The notes beneath the pieces were generated by a model. It did not search any database, had not been told where the DNA came from, and saw only the letters and a program-made list of their open reading frames with translations. Positions 59,277 through 64,000 of a DNA stretch of 64,000 nt are shown here, piece by piece. Source of the stretch: Treponemataceae bacterium (GTDB taxonomy: Bacteria > Spirochaetota > Spirochaetia > Treponematales > Rectinemataceae); NCBI GenBank assembly GCA_963667725.2, contig CAXXHO010000005.1:608001-672000 (forward strand), given 5' to 3'. Within the stretch, counting starts at the first letter, position 1. The number at the start of each line of letters is the position of its first letter. Position numbers and translations under genes: made by a program.

Positions 59277-60164
59277 ATGAGTTCCCTGACCAAGCACAAC
59301 CGGGTGGCCTATCTCTATATCGCGCCCTGGCTCATAGGTTTTTTCTGCCTCACCCTCGTCCCCTTCGTCTCTACCTTCGTCTTTTCCTTCACGGACTACT
59401 CCGTGCTGAGGCCGCCCACGTTCGTTGGCCTCGCCAACTACGTCAAAATGTTCACCGAAGACGACCTCTTCCCCAAATCCCTCTGGGTCACCACGAAGTA
59501 CGTCTTCATCTCCGTGCCACTCAAGCTCGCCTTCGCCCTTCTCGTCGCCATCATCCTGAACAAGAATATCAAGGGAATCGGCCTCTACCGAACCATTTAC
59601 TATATGCCGTCCATATTCGGCGGCAGCGTCGCCCTCTCCATCCTCTGGCGCATGCTCTTCCAGGGCGACGGCTTCATCAACCGCCTCCTCGCCACGGTGG
59701 GAATCATGGGCCCCGACTGGCTGGGCGACCAGCGCTTTTCCCTCATCACGATAAGCCTCCTCCAGGTCTGGCAGTTCGGCTCCTCGATGGTCCTCTTCCT
59801 CGCGGCCCTCAAGCAGGTGCCCGAATACCTCTACGAGGCGGCCCGAATCGACGGGGCCGGCAAGCTGCGCATATTCCGCAGCATCACCCTGCCTCTCATA
59901 ACGCCCATCGTCTTCTTCAATCTCGTGATGCAGACGGTCAACGCCTTCCAGAGCTTCACGACGGCCTTCGTCATCACCTCGGGCGGGCCTCTCCACTCGA
60001 CCTACCTCTACGCCATCCTCCTCTACGACAACGCCTTCAAGTACTTCAAGATGGGCTACGCCTCGGCGCTGTCCTGGGTGCTCTTCATGATCCTCATGGT
60101 GGTCACCGGCTTCCTCTTTAAGTCCTCGTCGAGCTGGATGCACTACATGGATACGGAGAACTGA
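59277..60164 (+). CDS. carbohydrate ABC permease
   Basis: Six TM helices, LYEAARIDGA EAA loop and MGYASA. Confidence 0.92.
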   Translation: MSSLTKHNRVAYLYIAPWLIGFFCLTLVPFVSTFVFSFTDYSVLRPPTFVGLANYVKMFTEDDLFPKSLWVTTKYVFISVPLKLAFALLVAIILNKNIKGIGLYRTIYYMPSIFGGSVALSILWRMLFQGDGFINRLLATVGIMGPDWLGDQRFSLITISLLQVWQFGSSMVLFLAALKQVPEYLYEAARIDGAGKLRIFRSITLPLITPIVFFNLVMQTVNAFQSFTTAFVITSGGPLHSTYLYAILLYDNAFKYFKMGYASALSWVLFMILMVVTGFLFKSSSSWMHYMDTEN

Positions 60165-60166
60165 GC

Positions 60167-60997
60167 GTGAAAAGAAAAAACAACCTGCTGACCTATATCG
60201 GCCTCAGCCTCTTCGCCTTCGTCATGATCTACCCCCTCATCTGGCTCGTGTTCTCGGCCTTCAAGGACACCCAGGAAATCCTGACGAGCGACAGGCTCTG
60301 GCCTTCCAGCTTCAGGCTCGACGGCTTCATCGAAGGATGGAAGGGCGAGGGCAGGCCGAAGTTCTCGGTCTTCATCTGGAACTCCATAACCCTGACCCTG
60401 CCGACCGTCATCCTCACCATCATCTCGGGCGTCCTCGTGGCCTACGGCTTCTCGCGCTTCAGCTTCAAGCTGCGCAAGCCCCTTTTCGCGATTATGATCG
60501 GCACCATCCTTCTGCCCAACACCGTCCTCCTCATCCCCCGCTACCTCATTTTCCGCAACATGGGCATGTTGGATTCCTACCTGCCTTTCTGGCTGACGGC
60601 CGCGGCGGGCGTCCCCTTCTTCATCTTCATGTTCGTGCAGTTTTTCCACGGCATTCCGCGCTCCCTGGACGAATCGGCCTATCTCGACGGCTGCGGTTCC
60701 TTCAGGATCCTCTGGTCCATCCTCATCCCGCTGCTGAAACCGGCCATCTTCTCGGCCGCCATTTTCCAGTTCATCTGGACCTGGGATGACTTCTTCCAGT
60801 CCCTCATCTATATTTCAAGCGTGGACAAGTACCCCGTGACCCTCGGCCTCAGGCTCTCGATCGACGCGATGGGCATTCCGCCCTGGAACCAGATCGCCGC
60901 CATGTCAGTGGTGGCCATCCTGCCCTCCGTCCTCATTTTCTTCGCGGCGCAGAAGTACTTCGTGGAGGGCATCGCCACCTCGGGCCTGAAAAATTGA
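60167..60997 (+). CDS. carbohydrate ABC permease
   Basis: LDESAYLDG EAA loop and QKYFVEGI. Confidence 0.92.
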   Translation: MKRKNNLLTYIGLSLFAFVMIYPLIWLVFSAFKDTQEILTSDRLWPSSFRLDGFIEGWKGEGRPKFSVFIWNSITLTLPTVILTIISGVLVAYGFSRFSFKLRKPLFAIMIGTILLPNTVLLIPRYLIFRNMGMLDSYLPFWLTAAAGVPFFIFMFVQFFHGIPRSLDESAYLDGCGSFRILWSILIPLLKPAIFSAAIFQFIWTWDDFFQSLIYISSVDKYPVTLGLRLSIDAMGIPPWNQIAAMSVVAILPSVLIFFAAQKYFVEGIATSGLKN

Positions 60998-62007
60998 AAA
61001 ACGCCGAAGCCGCCCTGGCGGGCTATGTCGCCGGCACCCTGGAAATCCTCGCGCCCTCTTCCTCCGCCATCCTTTTATCCAGAGCCGGCGAAAGGCTCGT
61101 GGAGCGCTACGATAGGGGACAGCGGCCCCAGTCGGCGGCGCCCGTCGACGCCGATTCGCTCTGGCCCTTCTGGTCCATATCGAAATCCTTCGCCGCGGCC
61201 CTCGTGGCGCGCCTCGCTATGCGGGGCGCCCTCGGCCTCGACATGGCGCTCTCGCGCGCCCTGCCAGAGTTCGCGGAGCGCGGGCCTGGGCCTTTCGACC
61301 GGAGGAAGGTGACCCTGCGCCATCTCATGAGCCACACATCAGGCTGCGCCGTTTCGGGCAGGATCGAGGACGGCGTGACCCTGGGGCCGACGCCCGACCT
61401 CTCCGCTATCCTCATCGCGACCGAGCCCGGCTCGGTTTTTGAGTATTCGTCGCTCGGCATGCACGTCATGGAGCGCTTCCTCGAAGCCCTAACGGGCTCC
61501 GACTACGGGGAGCTCCTTCGCAAGGAAGTGCTCGAGCCTTTCGGCTTGGGCAGCGTACGCTTTCTGCATGAAGGAGATCTTCGCGAGGGCAAGGGAGCCG
61601 CGGCGCTGCCCTGCCTCGACGGACAGATTGTGGCCTCCCAGCCGCGGCAGCGCTGCGGCCTGGGCCTCTACGGCACGGCCCGCGACCTTCTCGCCTTCGG
61701 GGAAGCCTGGCTCAGCCTCCGTGACGCCTCAGGCAAGCCTTGGTGCGACGCCGCCCTCAGAGACGAAATCTGGAGCCGGCACTCCACCCGAACCTCAGAC
61801 GAAAGCGACTACGGCCTCCTCTGGTGGCTCTTCGACGACCTGGGCGGACGCGTGGCCTCAGGCGCCTCATACAGCCTCTGCGCCCTCCTCCCGCGCGAAA
61901 ACATCGTCGCTGTGGTGGCCCGGAACCACTTCGGCCCTGGCCTAAAGCCCTTCGACTACCGAAGCGACAAGCGGCGCATCCTCGAACTCGCGCGCGCCTT
62001 CCGGTAA
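60994..62007 (+). CDS. serine hydrolase, beta-lactamase/esterase family
   Basis: SISK (SxxK), LMSHTSG and FEYSS. The TTG start overlaps the permease stop. Confidence 0.85.
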   Translation: MKNAEAALAGYVAGTLEILAPSSSAILLSRAGERLVERYDRGQRPQSAAPVDADSLWPFWSISKSFAAALVARLAMRGALGLDMALSRALPEFAERGPGPFDRRKVTLRHLMSHTSGCAVSGRIEDGVTLGPTPDLSAILIATEPGSVFEYSSLGMHVMERFLEALTGSDYGELLRKEVLEPFGLGSVRFLHEGDLREGKGAAALPCLDGQIVASQPRQRCGLGLYGTARDLLAFGEAWLSLRDASGKPWCDAALRDEIWSRHSTRTSDESDYGLLWWLFDDLGGRVASGASYSLCALLPRENIVAVVARNHFGPGLKPFDYRSDKRRILELARAFR

Positions 62008-62115
62008 GCGCCGCTCCAATGAGCCAGTAAGCCGCTTCCAGACGCGGTTTCGCTAGGCGGTCACCCTGCCTGTATAGTACATTCAAGATATAATCGCTCA
62101 AACAATTCGAGGAGG

Positions 62116-63093
62116 ATGAATATGTTCTACAGAAGGCTTGGCTCGGCCGGCATAAAGGTATCGCTGCTTTCGCTCGGCTCATGGATAACCTACGGCACAC
62201 AGGTGGACATCGACGCGGCGGCCGACATGCTCAAGCTGGCATACGACAACGGCATCAACTTCTTCGACAACGCGGAAGTCTACGCGAAAGGTCAGTCGGA
62301 GACCATCATGGGCGCCGCCTTCCGCAAGCTGGGCCTGCGCCGCGGCTCCTACCTCGTCTCCACCAAACTGTATTGGGGCCTCAACGAAGGACCGAACGAG
62401 AAGAACACCCTCAACCGCAAATACCTTCTCGAGGCGATGGACGGCTCCCTCGATCGCCTCGGCATGGACCATGTCGACTTCGTCTACTGCCACAGGCCGG
62501 ACTCCGAAACCCCCATGGAAGAAACAGTCCGCGCGATGAGCGACATCGTTTCGGCAGGCAAGGCCTTCTACTGGGGCACGAGCGAATGGTCGGCGGAGCA
62601 GATACGCGAAGCCTGGCAGATCGCCGACAGGCGCAACCTCCACAAGCCGCAGATGGAACAGCCCAGCTATAACATGATCACCCGCACCAAGGTGGAAAAG
62701 GAATTCGCCCGCCTCTACGAGGGCATAGGCCTCGGCCTCACCACCTTCAGCCCCCTCGCGGCGGGCTTTCTCACCGGCAAATACAAGAACGGCATCCCGG
62801 AGGGTTCGCGTTTCTCCCTACCCGGCTACGACTGGCTGAGCGGCCGCTACATGAACGACAAATTCATCGCCTGCGTGGCCAAGCTCGAACCCATAGCCGC
62901 CGAACTCGGCTGCTCCATGAGCCAGATGGGCATAGCCTGGGTCGCCCGCAACCCCAACGTCTCCTCGGTGATCACCGGCGCCTCGAAGCGCGAGCAGCTC
63001 ATCGAAAACCTGGGCGCCCTCGAAGTCCTGCCCAAGCTCACGCCCGCCATCCTCTCGAGGATCGACGAGGCCATGAAACCGATACTGCAGTAA
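62116..63093 (+). CDS. aldo/keto reductase (Kv-beta-like subgroup)
   Basis: LGSW.T, FDNAEVY, STK.YWG, YWGTSEW and FSPLAAG. Confidence 0.92.
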   Translation: MNMFYRRLGSAGIKVSLLSLGSWITYGTQVDIDAAADMLKLAYDNGINFFDNAEVYAKGQSETIMGAAFRKLGLRRGSYLVSTKLYWGLNEGPNEKNTLNRKYLLEAMDGSLDRLGMDHVDFVYCHRPDSETPMEETVRAMSDIVSAGKAFYWGTSEWSAEQIREAWQIADRRNLHKPQMEQPSYNMITRTKVEKEFARLYEGIGLGLTTFSPLAAGFLTGKYKNGIPEGSRFSLPGYDWLSGRYMNDKFIACVAKLEPIAAELGCSMSQMGIAWVARNPNVSSVITGASKREQLIENLGALEVLPKLTPAILSRIDEAMKPILQ

Positions 63094-63146
63094 ATCGCCC
63101 AACGCGCGGCAGCGGCGTCGCCGCCTTGGCCGCCGCCGCTTCGGTC

Positions 63147-63791
63147 TCAATCCCCCGGCAGCTTGACGAAGACCTCGCGCGGTTCCGTCCCGAGGGCGGC
63201 GACGCAGAAGGAACGGCCAATGCCAGCGAGGCCTTCGCGTATTCCGGCGCGGACCGTCGCGTCGGAAAGCGTAGCGCGAGCCCGAAGCGCGAGATCGGCC
63301 GACAGTTCGTCCTTCATCCTGGCGGCCTCTTCCTTAAGCTTGAAAACGGTGTTTGTGACGAGGTTGGCGCCCTTGGCGCTTATTTCAATGGTGTCGGTGC
63401 GCACGGCGGGCGGCAGACAGCCAGGCTCGGGCGCTGAAATAGACAGGGCTCGCGTTTTCTGGTTCCAGGCAATCGTCCACAGCGAAGGATCAGAGGCGTC
63501 GACGAAATAGAAGACGTCGGCCCAGGCCGACAGCTCGACGCTCGCCTTTACGCGAACGATAGCCAGCACCTTGGCGGCGAACTCCTTCGATGCCACATAA
63601 CGTTGTCTCGAAGAAAGGACGACGAGCTTCTGCCCGGGCTCGAGATTCTCGACATAAAGCGCCCAACGTTCCAAAACAGTGGGCTTCGCGTCGAGCGCGG
63701 CTTTCCACGCGAAAAAGGAACCCGCGAGGACAGCGGCCGCCCCGAGCGCCAGAAACACGAGGAGGACGGGGAATCTCCCATATCGCCTCAT
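63147..63791 (-). CDS. membrane-anchored hypothetical protein, DUF4230-like
   Basis: An N-terminal TM helix, then a beta-rich segment and a helical C-terminus. The family assignment is tentative. Confidence 0.55.
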   Translation of the reverse strand: MRRYGRFPVLLVFLALGAAAVLAGSFFAWKAALDAKPTVLERWALYVENLEPGQKLVVLSSRQRYVASKEFAAKVLAIVRVKASVELSAWADVFYFVDASDPSLWTIAWNQKTRALSISAPEPGCLPPAVRTDTIEISAKGANLVTNTVFKLKEEAARMKDELSADLALRARATLSDATVRAGIREGLAGIGRSFCVAALGTEPREVFVKLPGD

Positions 63792-63808
63792 TCAACCACT
63801 CCGAAACA

Positions 63809-64000
63809 TCAGAATCCGCTGTCTTTCTCCCAGCCGGCGATCACCGCGCCCGCTTCCTGCCTCAGCACCGGCAGCGACGAGAGATCCCCCGTGGCGGCCA
63901 TGTCGTCCAACGCCTTGTGCGCTATCATCGCGAGGGATTCCTGAGCCTGGTTCCGCCCCTTCACGAAAGCGGGATCTCCTGATCGCAAAAAGTTGCGCGA
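63809..64000 (-). CDS. C-terminal part of an unknown protein (runs off the right edge)
   Basis: Open frame ...SRNFLRSGDPAFVKG...GWEKDSGF*, ending just before the RBS of the next gene. Confidence 0.5.
   Translation of the reverse strand, partial: SRNFLRSGDPAFVKGRNQAQESLAMIAHKALDDMAATGDLSSLPVLRQEAGAVIAGWEKDSGF

Overview
A GC-rich bacterial chromosome segment, probably from an anaerobic free-living spirochaete. The taxon is an inference from gene families and signal peptides only. From left to right it holds: (1) a DeoR-led operon joining a 2-oxoacid-dehydrogenase-type complex (E2, E3, fused E1 alpha/beta) to a PHP-domain protein, a SrlD-like SDR and an FGGY kinase; (2) an AraC regulator with a two-FMN-domain lipoprotein flavoenzyme; (3) SIMPL, a TrpR-like protein and a lower-GC P-type ATPase; (4) a sulfur/methyl cluster with metY, metA, metF, metH, a marR-hgcA-hgcB mercury-methylation operon and cysK; (5) a low-GC island with an MmgE/PrpD protein, an aroA-like gene, TctABC, an MFS transporter and LacI; (6) an HTH plus Cys-rich regulator, metQ, a second flavocytochrome-c-type lipoprotein and its MerR; (7) oppABCDF, an Fe-ADH and sbcCD; (8) an esterase, a YesMN-like two-component system, a sugar ABC transporter, a serine hydrolase and an aldo/keto reductase. 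The most notable signals are three. First, two paralogous leader ORFs (MSERDGRxGMICxM...ARRDA) conserved at codon level precede metA and metY, and further Cys-containing uORFs precede metQ and cysK. Second, a TACCAC-N3-GTGGTA dyad is shared by the cysK promoter and the Cys-rich HTH regulator gene. Third, hgcAB has a non-canonical NLWCAAGK cap helix and lies next to methionine/methyl-THF genes. I saw no rRNA, tRNA, CRISPR array, transposase or integrase.
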